Virus record (IMG/VR): IMGVR_UViG_3300050330_000108 | Location: 1-49,415 of that record | Source: a virus | Taxonomy: Duplodnaviria; Caudoviricetes | Length of the DNA: 49,415 nt | Strand: one strand, 5' to 3' | Shown here: positions 9,719 to 18,539 of the stretch, piece by piece | Position numbering within the stretch: the first letter of the stretch is position 1 | Layout: each line of letters opens with the position of its first letter | The notes under the pieces: model-generated | Told to the model about the DNA's origin: nothing | Database searches by the model: none | Seen by the model: the letters and a program-made list of their open reading frames with translations, nothing else | Program-made: the position numbers and the translations under genes

Positions 9719-10185
9719 GCTGCCGGAATCTCCTGCGTGAGCGCCTGATCGATCAACCCGGCCCACCTATACCAGTGCGGCAGGCCGATGATGGTGTCGG
9801 CGGCGTCGATGTAGCCCTGCGGGATCACTTGCGCGCGCGCCATGATGGTGGCGGAGTAGGTGAAGGTCTCCCCTTCCTCGCGGCAGTCCAGCAGGCCCTG
9901 CGGAGCGAAGCGGCAGGTGTGGGGGATCGTCCCGAACTCGGTGCGGATCGGCATCTCGAATGCCTGCACGCCGCGCTCCAGGTCGGTCTCGAACCAGTCG
10001 ACGAACGCTGCCGCCTGCGCGCGCGTGAATCGGAACTCCAGGCGCCAAGCGACCGGGTTATCCTCACCCGACGGCTGCACATACAGCTTTCCCTGGCCGG
10101 GCGGCGTGGCGCGAAACGGCGCGGCCTGCGAGCGTGACTTGGCGCGCAGCGCGGTCGGCAAAGTGGACGGGTAAGCTACCGTCAT
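9715..10185 (-). CDS. Distal tail protein-like, paralog 2
   Basis: Position after TMP; clear similarity to 10189..10554. Confidence 0.7.
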   Translation of the reverse strand: MTVAYPSTLPTALRAKSRSQAAPFRATPPGQGKLYVQPSGEDNPVAWRLEFRFTRAQAAAFVDWFETDLERGVQAFEMPIRTEFGTIPHTCRFAPQGLLDCREEGETFTYSATIMARAQVIPQGYIDAADTIIGLPHWYRWAGLIDQALTQEIPAA

Positions 10186-10188
10186 GGG

Positions 10189-10554
10189 CTACACAGGCGA
10201 ACCGACCATGCGCGCGTCATAGACGAACGCTTCGCCCTCCTGTCGACAGTCGCTGAGGCCATCCGGAAGGAACTGAAGCAGGTGGGTGACGAGGCCAGCC
10301 TCGGTGCGCAGGGCCATGGTGAAGTCGTTGGCGCCGTTCTCCAGGTTCTGCGTGAACCACAACTGGAACCGTACGGCGTCCTCCCAGGTGAACCGGAACT
10401 GCACGTCCCACTGCTGCGGCGCCGTGGTGCCGATCGCCTGGGCGTAGGGCATGCCCCGCCGCGGCTCGGTCATGCGGAAGGCGGCCGACTGGCTGCGGCT
10501 CTTTGACGCGCGGAGGATGGTCCCCAGCGACAGCGGGTAGGTCTGCGTGGCCAC
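10189..10554 (-). CDS. Distal tail protein-like, paralog 1
   Basis: Directly downstream of TMP; W..F.FT, WF...LE.G, RTE.G...H shared with neighbour. Confidence 0.7.
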   Translation of the reverse strand: MATQTYPLSLGTILRASKSRSQSAAFRMTEPRRGMPYAQAIGTTAPQQWDVQFRFTWEDAVRFQLWFTQNLENGANDFTMALRTEAGLVTHLLQFLPDGLSDCRQEGEAFVYDARMVGSPV

Positions 10555-10560
10555 AGGGCC

Positions 10561-10571
10561 ATGCTAGGGAG
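10561..10571 (-). promoter_or_regulatory. CTCCCTAGCAT motif, putative leaderless late promoter
   Basis: TAGCAT, 6 nt, then GTG 10554; no RBS. Confidence 0.75.
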
Positions 10572-10589
10572 CCCGGTGGGGCTATCTCA

Positions 10590-12944
10590 TCACAGACGCG
10601 GCCGGACGTTCGTGGTGCTGCGCAGCGCCGTGGCCACCTGGCCGGTGTTGCTGCTGATCTGGCTCGCGACCTCGCCCACGGCGCGGGCCACCGCGATTTC
10701 GATCGTGCGCGCCTGCTGGTCCACCGCCACGCTGGTACCGGGCGGCGCGTTGTGCACGTTGATCGTCCACTGCACGGTGCCACCCACCTGATCCGCCGGC
10801 GTCACGCGTCCCGACTTCGTCGGCAGCATGTACTGGTTTCCATTGCTGGCCGTGAACATCTCCGGCCGGCCCGTCTCGTTGACGCGGTACAGGCTCCCCG
10901 CCGACGCCGGGCCGCCGTACTGCCGCCCGCCCGCCACTTCACCGATGGCCATCCCAGCCACCAGGCCGGCAGAGGCGTAGCCCGTTGCCTTGATCACCGT
11001 CGCCAAGCCGATACCAGCCACCGGCCCGAGGCCCAAGGGGGGCGGCGCCAGCGCCGCAGCCGCGGCGGCGTTGGTGCTCATGATGATCTGCGCCACGGTG
11101 ATCGCCTTCTGCGCCAGGAAGGCCGCTTTCCCCAATGCGGACTGCTCCTGGCCCGTCTTCTGCAGGAGCGCGTAGACGTTCCCCGCGAGGTCGGCCATTG
11201 CGGAGAGCTGCATCTCCTGCGCTCGCTGCTGCCGGTCCGCCTCCTGCTGGCGGACCTGTTCCCGCTGCTCCGCCGCCCACCGCTGGATGGCCAGCTTCTG
11301 GTCCTGATACAGCTGCTCGTTGGCCAAGTCCTGCTGACGCGCCTGTTCCACGATGGCCAACCGCGCCTCCTCTTCGATGCGGATCTGCTCCAGCGGGTCG
11401 TCGAAGGCGATGTCCCGCCGGGCGTCCTGCCGGTTGCGCTCGATCTCCGCGCGCTCGCGCACAGCCCGGCGCTCGGCCTCCAGACGCTCGCGGTCGATAC
11501 CCTCCTGCGTCTTGCGCATCAGCTCGGCGCGATCCTTCTCGGCGGCCTCGGTGATTAGCAGGACCGCCTGGACGTAGGTCTGCTCGCTGATCTTCTTCTC
11601 GTCCAGGTTCTTCTTTGCGACCCGCAGCTTTTCGGCCTCGGTCTCGTTGATTACCCCCATTTCCGTGGCCTGAGCCTTGCGAAGCTCGGCGAGATAGGCT
11701 TCGGAATCGAACTTCTCGGCCGCGGACTTCTTCGGCTTGCCGCCGCCGCCCGCGCCAGGTGGAGCCTTCAGCGTCGACGCCGCCGGCGCCGGGTTGATGA
11801 AGCCGCGGCCGCCGCCGGCGCCAGCGTTCCACAAGTCGCGCAGCTGCTTGCCGGCGAGCGGATCTCTGTTCACGGCCTTGATGTCATCGAGCAGGGAGGA
11901 CAGGATCGTCCTGGCGCCGGAGAAATTGCCCTCCATCACGGCGCCGGCACTCGCAGCGAGCCCCCCCAAGCCGATGCCAATCTGCTTGAAGCCGCGCACG
12001 ATGAAATCGGCAGCGTCGACCACATAGGACAGCACGACTTTCGTACTGTCCGCCCAACTCTTGATCTTCTCGTTCCGGCTCAGCGTGCCGGCCTCGTCGT
12101 TCGCCGCTCCGAACTGGTCAGCCAGCTTGTCTAGCACCTCGCCCAGGCCCTTCGTGACGCCGGTCAGGGCGGTGCTCGTGCCGGTGAGCTGGTCGAACTT
12201 CTCGTTCGCGCGCAGGGCCGCGTCGACGGCCACGTCGAACGCGCCGCCCACCGTCTGCGGGAATTTGGCGAAGTCCGCCTCGATCTGCGTTGCCGCCTTG
12301 CCCAGCGCGGCCATCACAACATCGGCCGTGAGCTTGCCGTCCTCGCCGAGCTGTTTCAACGCACCGATCGGAACGCCCAGGCCGTCCGCGAGCTGGCGCA
12401 TCAGATAGGGAGCGTTCTCCAGCAGCGAGCGCAGCTCGTCGCCCGCCAGCTTGCCGGAGCCCAGCGCCTGGCCGAATTGCAGCATGGCGGACTTGGCTTC
12501 GACGGCGCTCGCGCCGGACACCCGGATGGCCTTGGCCAGCAGCTCGGTCAGCCTCAGCGTGTCGTTCTGCGTGCCCCCCATCTGCAGGATGGATTGGTTC
12601 AGGCGCGCGAACACCGCCGCGTTGGCTTCGACCGTGGTCTGCGTCTCGCGGCTGATGGCGATCAGCCGCTGCATGGCCACGGTGCCACTGTCGAAGCTGC
12701 CAGCAGCCACCTGCACGCGCGAGGCCAGCAAGCGCATATCGTCGGCGAGCTTCGCGGACTTGATGACCGCCAGCGCGGTGGCGTAGATCTTGATCGCGGC
12801 GGTGATCTGAGACAGCCGCGCCTCGAACGCGTCCAACGAGCCGGTGGTCTTCCGCAGCGCACCGTCAACCTTGCGCTGCCCATCGATCATCTTCGCCGTG
12901 TCGAGCGTGATGTCGTAGTACAGCTCGCCTACTTTTTCAGCCAC
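10590..12944 (-). CDS. Tape measure protein
   Basis: 784 aa Ala-rich; LQFGQALGSGKLAGDELRSLLENAP tape-measure motif; C-terminal GGPAS..YRVNETGRPE. Confidence 0.92.
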   Translation of the reverse strand: MAEKVGELYYDITLDTAKMIDGQRKVDGALRKTTGSLDAFEARLSQITAAIKIYATALAVIKSAKLADDMRLLASRVQVAAGSFDSGTVAMQRLIAISRETQTTVEANAAVFARLNQSILQMGGTQNDTLRLTELLAKAIRVSGASAVEAKSAMLQFGQALGSGKLAGDELRSLLENAPYLMRQLADGLGVPIGALKQLGEDGKLTADVVMAALGKAATQIEADFAKFPQTVGGAFDVAVDAALRANEKFDQLTGTSTALTGVTKGLGEVLDKLADQFGAANDEAGTLSRNEKIKSWADSTKVVLSYVVDAADFIVRGFKQIGIGLGGLAASAGAVMEGNFSGARTILSSLLDDIKAVNRDPLAGKQLRDLWNAGAGGGRGFINPAPAASTLKAPPGAGGGGKPKKSAAEKFDSEAYLAELRKAQATEMGVINETEAEKLRVAKKNLDEKKISEQTYVQAVLLITEAAEKDRAELMRKTQEGIDRERLEAERRAVRERAEIERNRQDARRDIAFDDPLEQIRIEEEARLAIVEQARQQDLANEQLYQDQKLAIQRWAAEQREQVRQQEADRQQRAQEMQLSAMADLAGNVYALLQKTGQEQSALGKAAFLAQKAITVAQIIMSTNAAAAAALAPPPLGLGPVAGIGLATVIKATGYASAGLVAGMAIGEVAGGRQYGGPASAGSLYRVNETGRPEMFTASNGNQYMLPTKSGRVTPADQVGGTVQWTINVHNAPPGTSVAVDQQARTIEIAVARAVGEVASQISSNTGQVATALRSTTNVRPRL

Positions 12945-13479
12945 GGCTGCGCTCCTTGATCGCCTTCATGGCGGCCATGTACTCCTCGCGCGTGGGCACG
13001 TCGCGCTGCTTGTGCGCGTCCGGGAACTTCATCTCCAGCATCGTCTGGAACTCGGTCATGCTCAGCGCCTCGGCGTCCGCGCTGGAAAGCCCCAGGTGCA
13101 CGCGCGCGGCCGCGATGTACTCGGCGGCGTCGAAGCGGTCGGAGAACTTGCCGTCGCCCTTGCCGGGCCTGGCCTTGCCGACGATTCCGTGCTGCATCAG
13201 GTGGCGCGCGAGGATGACCTTCTCGGACGCCGGCATCAGGCCGGCATGCGGCCCTTCGCGGTCCATCCAGCCCACCAGGGGCGTCGGGTCATCCTGCTCG
13301 CACAGGCACGCCAGGACGTAGGTCGCTGCGTCAGCCGCCTTCGGGCCGTGCAGGTCCGCGAAGATGCAGACGATCTCCTGCGGGTCGCCGAGGGTCGCGA
13401 TGCGGCCGAACGACGGCGCGAAGGTCCACTCCCCGCCGTTCCCCGCTGTGACCCTGACGAAGCCGCATTCGACCAGCAC
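12937..13479 (-). CDS. Tail assembly chaperone-like protein
   Basis: Upstream of TMP; AARVHLGLS..DAE.LSMTEF motif. Confidence 0.65.
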   Translation of the reverse strand: MLVECGFVRVTAGNGGEWTFAPSFGRIATLGDPQEIVCIFADLHGPKAADAATYVLACLCEQDDPTPLVGWMDREGPHAGLMPASEKVILARHLMQHGIVGKARPGKGDGKFSDRFDAAEYIAAARVHLGLSSADAEALSMTEFQTMLEMKFPDAHKQRDVPTREEYMAAMKAIKERSRG

Positions 13480-13485
13480 AGTGGC

Positions 13486-13830
13486 TCACAGATTGAACAG
13501 CTGCGCCGTCAGCCCGGCCGCGCCTTTCAGGTGCACCACGCCCTGGCAGTAGGCCGACACGGTGGACAGGACCACCGCCTTGCTCGCGCCGGCCGGGACC
13601 GCGATGTCGAGCCCCGCGGCCACGGAGACGGAACCCACGCCGGTGGCGCTGACGGTCGTGCCGCCGGCGCCGTCGAGCGTCGCCGTGAGCGCGCCGCCCG
13701 TGGTGTTCGTCAGCACCAGCAGCTGGCGGCGCTTGGCGTCGAAGGTGATGGTGTCGTCCGCGCTCAGCATGGTCCCGGTGGCGGTGAACGCGCCGACAAC
13801 GGCGCCCTCGATGGAGTCGATCGCAGCCAT
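13486..13830 (-). CDS. Virion structural protein (beta-rich)
   Basis: AGGAG RBS, Thr/Ala/Gly-rich, follows the major tail gene. Confidence 0.6.
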   Translation of the reverse strand: MAAIDSIEGAVVGAFTATGTMLSADDTITFDAKRRQLLVLTNTTGGALTATLDGAGGTTVSATGVGSVSVAAGLDIAVPAGASKAVVLSTVSAYCQGVVHLKGAAGLTAQLFNL

Positions 13831-13839
13831 GGCCGCTCC

Positions 13840-14292
13840 TTACGCCGCAGGCGTGAAGGTCACAGCGCCGTTGGACGTGGCGCTGATGCTCCACGTGCCG
13901 GTGTCCGAGTACGGGCTGTCGTTGCTCCACTCGGTGATCATGAACGGGCCGCTGTACTTCTTGCCCGACGGATACGTCAGGCGGAACCACGCCTTGGGCT
14001 GGTCGCTGGTGGCGCTCGGATCGGCGACGTGCGCTTCCAGATCCTCCTGGTTGTACGTGGCATCGTCGTAGCTCACGCCGTCGCCCGAGAATTCGACGTT
14101 GCGGAACGTCGCCGCCGCGGTCTTCGTCTGGTCCGGCGAGCTGTCCGCCGTGGTGTCGGCGGTGTCCCAGCTGGTTTTCAGCGACTTGCCGCGCATCATG
14201 CCCAGCGTCTTCCAGGTCAGCCCGGATTCCACGGCGTCCTCGGCCGCGATGGCGAATTCGACCAGTACGTCACGACCCACATGAGCGCCCAT
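13840..14292 (-). CDS. Major tail tube protein
   Basis: AAGGAG RBS; GRDVLV, LGMMRGK, WDTADTTAD, FSGDG motifs; after tail terminator. Confidence 0.85.
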   Translation of the reverse strand: MGAHVGRDVLVEFAIAAEDAVESGLTWKTLGMMRGKSLKTSWDTADTTADSSPDQTKTAAATFRNVEFSGDGVSYDDATYNQEDLEAHVADPSATSDQPKAWFRLTYPSGKKYSGPFMITEWSNDSPYSDTGTWSISATSNGAVTFTPAA

Positions 14293-14303
14293 GCTCTTCT
14301 CCT

Positions 14304-14651
14304 TCAGTTGGTGATTGCCGACACGGCGATCTCGTACACCGGCCGACCGTCGTCGGTGGCCATGAAGACCGGCTCGCCGGCCTGAAACAGCACCACGTCG
14401 CCCGAATCCGTGCGCATGGCTTCGACGATCGCGTCGGCGCAGGCCTGCGGCACGCTGGCAGCGTCGCCGGCTGCGCCGATCAGCGCCACTGTGAATTCGG
14501 GCCTGCGCACCAGTGCCGCCGGCAGCCCGCCAACGGGGCGGATCACGGCGTAGCGGTCGGCGGTGTTGCCGTCCATCCACCGCCCGAGCTGGATCCGCCA
14601 GCCAGTCAGCAGCGGCAGGATGAAGTTGCGCAGGGCGTCCGCGGCGGTCAT
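14304..14651 (-). CDS. Tail terminator-like protein
   Basis: Size, synteny, C-terminal TDDGRPVYEI. Confidence 0.7.
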   Translation of the reverse strand: MTAADALRNFILPLLTGWRIQLGRWMDGNTADRYAVIRPVGGLPAALVRRPEFTVALIGAAGDAASVPQACADAIVEAMRTDSGDVVLFQAGEPVFMATDDGRPVYEIAVSAITN

Positions 14652-14657
14652 GCGACC

Positions 14658-14668
14658 ATGCTAGGGAG
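14658..14668 (-). promoter_or_regulatory. CTCCCTAGCAT motif, putative leaderless late promoter
   Basis: TAGCAT, 6 nt, then ATG 14651; no RBS. Confidence 0.75.
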
Positions 14669-14674
14669 GACGCC

Positions 14675-15025
14675 TCAGGTCTTGATCGAGCCCTTGAGCA
14701 CCGCGCGGATGTTCGGCTCCGCGTTCTCGATGCCGTGCTTGAGGAACAGCTTTTCTGCGGTGGGGCGGCGGAAGGTCTGCTTCACCGCGGGATCGTGCAC
14801 CGGCACCGCATAGTTCGCGGTGTAGCCCACCACGCCGCGGATCTTGTCGCCTTCCTGGGACACGTCGCGGAACTGCGAATTCAGCAGCGTGGAGGTGTCG
14901 ATCGGCGTCAGCACGCTCGCCTCGCTGGCGCCCAGGATCAGCGCCTGCGTCATGCCGCGCGCGGCCCGCGCCTGCATCGTTGCCGTGAACTGCGGCAGCT
15001 TGTTGCTGATGCGCTTCGTCGCCAT
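14675..15025 (-). CDS. HK97 gp10-like tail completion protein
   Basis: TPIDTSTLLNS and YTANYAVPVH motifs. Confidence 0.8.
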   Translation of the reverse strand: MATKRISNKLPQFTATMQARAARGMTQALILGASEASVLTPIDTSTLLNSQFRDVSQEGDKIRGVVGYTANYAVPVHDPAVKQTFRRPTAEKLFLKHGIENAEPNIRAVLKGSIKT

Positions 15026-15366
15026 CAGGCCTCCACCAGCGCCAGCAGCGCCTCCTCGTAGGTGATGTCGAGCCAGTAGATGGTGGCGAGGCCATTGGCG
15101 AAGCGGTACAGGCCGCCGGGGTCCAGCTCCAGCTGCCGACGGTAGGCCTCGAGCTCGCTGTCGAAGCGGAATGCATCGTCGAACAGGTAGGCCAGCCAGA
15201 AGCGGATCAGGCCCACGCGGCGCATCTGCTCGATGTGGACCTTTTCGTGCGCCAGCAGGGCCGCGTCGCCCTTGCGCTCCGGCCGCACGAAGATCACCCA
15301 GGGGCACGGGCAGAAGCCCTGCGCCCAGAACAGCAGGCGCGTGGAGATGACGAAGGGTAGGCGCAT
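15025..15366 (-). CDS. HExxH zinc-metallopeptidase-like protein (DUF4157-like)
   Basis: LLAHEKVHIEQ followed by ELEAY; GGGAG RBS. Confidence 0.7.
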   Translation of the reverse strand: MRLPFVISTRLLFWAQGFCPCPWVIFVRPERKGDAALLAHEKVHIEQMRRVGLIRFWLAYLFDDAFRFDSELEAYRRQLELDPGGLYRFANGLATIYWLDITYEEALLALVEA

Positions 15367-15375
15367 CGGTTCTCC

Positions 15376-15717
15376 CTACGTGGCGACCTTATAGTCGTCG
15401 GCCTGCTGGTCGAAGGTGTCGGCGTACCGCGTGACCGCGCGCACCTCGAACGCGCCGGCGGCGAGCGGGCTCGCGAGCGCGCTCTCGCCGATCAGGATCA
15501 TGTCGCCCTGCTTGATGGCCGATTCCTCGGTGTGGATGATTTGCCGCGTGGTGAACTCCACGCCCTTGGCGTCCGTCATGCGCACGGACTCGGCCGAGTA
15601 GTCGCAGTCGATGACCACCGGCGCGCCGTAGGTGGCCTGCCCGGTCCAGTCGTCGCGGCCGGTCAGCGGCCAGTAGGTGGCCTTGCTGGTGTGGCTCCAG
15701 CGCGCGGCGGCCGACAT
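15376..15717 (-). CDS. Head closure / head-tail joining protein
   Basis: Size and synteny; W..TGRDDW.G..TYG.P. Confidence 0.7.
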   Translation of the reverse strand: MSAAARWSHTSKATYWPLTGRDDWTGQATYGAPVVIDCDYSAESVRMTDAKGVEFTTRQIIHTEESAIKQGDMILIGESALASPLAAGAFEVRAVTRYADTFDQQADDYKVAT

Positions 15718-15724
15718 GCCGGCC

Positions 15725-15961
15725 TCACTGGTCCGCTTGGACGACGGGCGTCCCGATGCCGCCGTTGCTGAAGCGGTACACGGCCCCGGCCACCGCGTTG
15801 TTCACGACGACCCCGGCGGCGTGGACGCGGCTCACCTCCACCCATGCGGCGTCAGCGGTCTGCTTGCGCTCCAGCAGAGCCATGCCGCCGGAGACTTGCG
15901 CGTTGAAGTTCCCCACGGCGGGGGTGAATTCGGTGTCGAGGGCGGAAACGAGCGTGGCCAT
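15725..15961 (-). CDS. Hypothetical virion protein
   Basis: GGGAG RBS, fits tightly between neck genes. Confidence 0.6.
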   Translation of the reverse strand: MATLVSALDTEFTPAVGNFNAQVSGGMALLERKQTADAAWVEVSRVHAAGVVVNNAVAGAVYRFSNGGIGTPVVQADQ

Positions 15962-15972
15962 GGTGCTCCCGG

Positions 15973-16338
15973 TCAGACGATCATGAACATGGTGGCGGCG
16001 CTCGGATCGGTGCCGATCAGGTCCGTGACCGTGCCAGCGGTGTCCAGCGCGGCCAGCGAGCGGCGCAGGGCCGACAGGTCGCCGTCGCGGTTGCGGAAGC
16101 TGCGGGAGGCGCCCGAGGGCGCGCCCTGCGATGCGATGCGGCGCGGGTCGCCGGCCGCCGCGATGATGGCCACGGCCATGGCCTGAATCAGCGCCTGGTC
16201 GGCGGCGCTGTACCCGGCCTCGGTCATGGCGGCTTCGGCGGTCGCCACCTTCGCGACCGCAGCGTCCACGATGAACGACGGCACGCTGACGCCAAGCGCC
16301 TGGTCCAGGTACTCGGTCGCCTGCGCGCTGGTGATCAC
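15973..16338 (-). CDS. Head-tail adaptor-like protein
   Basis: SQGAPSGASRSF and L..LD..G motifs; GTG overlaps upstream stop. Confidence 0.7.
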   Translation of the reverse strand: MITSAQATEYLDQALGVSVPSFIVDAAVAKVATAEAAMTEAGYSAADQALIQAMAVAIIAAAGDPRRIASQGAPSGASRSFRNRDGDLSALRRSLAALDTAGTVTDLIGTDPSAATMFMIV

Positions 16339-16703
16339 TTCTTCTTGCTCTGGGGTTCGGTCGCCTTCGCCAGGGCGTCCATGGCCTCGGCCAGCTGCTT
16401 GCGCAGCTCGTCGGCCTCGGCCTTCGATGCGTCGAGCGCGGCCTGCGCGTCGGCGAGCTGGACGCGTGCCTCGTCGGCCAGCTTCAGCGCGTCGGTCGCG
16501 GCACGGTTGGCTGCCTCGAGCCGCGCCGGCGCGTCGCCTGCGGCGGTGGCGGGGGCCGCCATGCTCAACGTCGCCTTGGTGTCGTCCGGCGCGCGCTCGC
16601 ACTTGCCCACGGCCCAGGCCGGGACGGCGGGCACCTCGACGATGTCGCCCACCTTGGCCCCGGAGGGCCACGGGGCTTTCAGGTTCGTGATGCGCAGTTT
16701 CAT
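16335..16703 (-). CDS. Hypothetical protein after major capsid (coiled-coil C-terminus)
   Basis: Starts 2 nt after capsid stop; Ala/Glu-rich helix. Confidence 0.7.
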   Translation of the reverse strand: MKLRITNLKAPWPSGAKVGDIVEVPAVPAWAVGKCERAPDDTKATLSMAAPATAAGDAPARLEAANRAATDALKLADEARVQLADAQAALDASKAEADELRKQLAEAMDALAKATEPQSKKK

Positions 16704-16705
16704 GC

Positions 16706-17695
16706 TCAGGCCTTCGTGATGTGCGCGATTTGGCTGTGGCCGTCGTAGTCCGACTTGAACTGCGGCGCGGCCATGGCCATCACGCCGAAGACGTAGTCGT
16801 CCTCGGTGTTCTGGCGCGCCTTCGGACGGGTCACCAGCGGCATGGCCTGCAGCATGGAGCCCCACTCGCCCGTGGCCAGGCCGGCGATGCCCAGCATGTC
16901 GTTCGCCGGAACCTTCGACGCCGGCACGATCTCGGCCACCTGCGCGATCTCCTGCATGCGCGCCAGGATGGTCTTCGGGTAGCCGGCGACGAACTCGTTC
17001 AGGCTGGCGTAGACCCAGTCGCCGTAGTTCAGGAACACGGTGACTCGGCCGAAGGCGTTGTCGCCCACCAGCGCGTTGATCAGGTTCGAGAACGCGGTGA
17101 GCCACTGCGCGCCCGTCGCGCCGTTCAGGTCGACGCCGTGCGTGTCGGTGCTGCGCTCCGGGAACGTGCGCAGGCCGTAGATCGTCGCGCCGCCGACGAC
17201 GATGGACGACAGGCCGTTCAGGACCATGTCCTCCAGCTTCTCGGCCACCTTGCGCTGGTGGTTGGCGATCGTGTCGGTGTCCAGGGAGCCGCCCTTGCGG
17301 ATCACCTCCATCTGGCGCCAGCCGAAGCGGGCGTCGGAGGTGAAGGCCGGGACCGGCGTGCCGACGTACTTCACGTTCGCCTGGTCGCCGCGGCCGGCCT
17401 GGCGGCCGTCCATGCTGACCACGACCTCGCCCGAGTCGCTGATCTGCGGGTAGAAGTTGACCAGGTCGCCCACGCCCACCGGCGTCTGGTTCGCGGCGGC
17501 GAGGCGGTTGAACACCGCCAGCACGTCGCGCTGGATCATCGCGCCGCGGCTGTCGATGCGGCGCCACGCATCCACCGGGATCGGCGCGGCGTTGCCGACC
17601 AGCGAGGCGTTGGCGGCCATCGCGGTCTGGGACAGGTTGAAGCCCTCGCGGGCCGCGTTGACGGCCAGCTCCTGCTCGGGGGTGAAACGCAGCAT
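16706..17695 (-). CDS. Major capsid protein
   Basis: 329 aa, AAGGAGG RBS, after decoration gene; IYGLRT.P motif. Confidence 0.85.
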   Translation of the reverse strand: MLRFTPEQELAVNAAREGFNLSQTAMAANASLVGNAAPIPVDAWRRIDSRGAMIQRDVLAVFNRLAAANQTPVGVGDLVNFYPQISDSGEVVVSMDGRQAGRGDQANVKYVGTPVPAFTSDARFGWRQMEVIRKGGSLDTDTIANHQRKVAEKLEDMVLNGLSSIVVGGATIYGLRTFPERSTDTHGVDLNGATGAQWLTAFSNLINALVGDNAFGRVTVFLNYGDWVYASLNEFVAGYPKTILARMQEIAQVAEIVPASKVPANDMLGIAGLATGEWGSMLQAMPLVTRPKARQNTEDDYVFGVMAMAAPQFKSDYDGHSQIAHITKA

Positions 17696-17705
17696 TGCGG
17701 CCTCC

Positions 17706-18161
17706 TTAAGCCTTGACGTAGGGGAGAGCGACCTCGAAGACGAGGAGCGCGCCGGCGGCCTTGGTCGCGGCCTCCTTGGCGAAGCCGATCACCAGGTCGG
17801 TGCTCGCGGCGGCCTTGAGGCGGCCGGCGGCACCCACGGTCAGCTCCTCCGCGAAGGTGTAGTCGGCGGCGGCGGCGGCGGCCTGGTACTCCTGGCCCGG
17901 CTCCAGCACGTAGGCAATGCCGGTGTCGCCCGAAGCGTAGGCGATCAGCAGCGGATCGGTGCTGGAGGTGAAGTCCGCGGTCGCGGCGTAGTAGTCGCGG
18001 TTGGCGAGCAGCCGCAGCAGCCCGCCGGCGGCCGTGGCCTGCGTGAGCGTGGACGCGCCTTCGGTCACGAAGGTCGCGGGCAGATAGGCGCCGGCGACGG
18101 TCTTGTCGCTGACGGTGACGGGTTCGCGGTCGCTGGGACCGAGGTAGACGCGCTTCGCCAT
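17706..18161 (-). CDS. Capsid decoration protein
   Basis: 151 aa Ala-rich between scaffold and capsid; GGAGG RBS. Confidence 0.7.
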   Translation of the reverse strand: MAKRVYLGPSDREPVTVSDKTVAGAYLPATFVTEGASTLTQATAAGGLLRLLANRDYYAATADFTSSTDPLLIAYASGDTGIAYVLEPGQEYQAAAAAADYTFAEELTVGAAGRLKAAASTDLVIGFAKEAATKAAGALLVFEVALPYVKA

Positions 18162-18164
18162 GAT

Positions 18165-18539
18165 TTACTTGGCCTCCAGGTGAGCGTTGAGGGAGTAGCC
18201 CGTGAACTCGGACTGCTTGTCGCCGGTCTTGCCGACCACCACCGGGGCGGCCTTGGCGTTGGCCTTGAGCTCCTTCAGGCGCGCGAGCGGCAGGAGCTTG
18301 AGGTCGTCGACGGTGAGCGAGGAGTTGACCGCGAGCTCGATGGCCAGCGCGTCGCGCTCGGCGTTCTGCGCGGCGGTCGCGGCGGCCTCGAACTCGGCCA
18401 CTTTGGCGTTGGCCGCGGTGAGCTGGCCCTGCACCGGCTGCACCACCAGCGCGTTGTAAGCGGTCAGGAGCTGGGCGTCGTCCAGGCCCTCCGTCTTGAT
18501 GCCGGCAGCGTTGAGCGCGGCGAGGATCTTGTCTTTCAC
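18165..18539 (-). CDS. Nested in-frame scaffold protein (internal start)
   Basis: GAAAGGG RBS-like sequence before in-frame GTG 18539 (VKDKILAALN...); late motif at 18617. Confidence 0.65.
   Translation of the reverse strand: MKDKILAALNAAGIKTEGLDDAQLLTAYNALVVQPVQGQLTAANAKVAEFEAAATAAQNAERDALAIELAVNSSLTVDDLKLLPLARLKELKANAKAAPVVVGKTGDKQSEFTGYSLNAHLEAK

Noticed and set aside
12937-13830. Programmed frameshift in the tail chaperone genes
   Set aside because: No slippery heptamer seen; the ORFs are separate with their own stops
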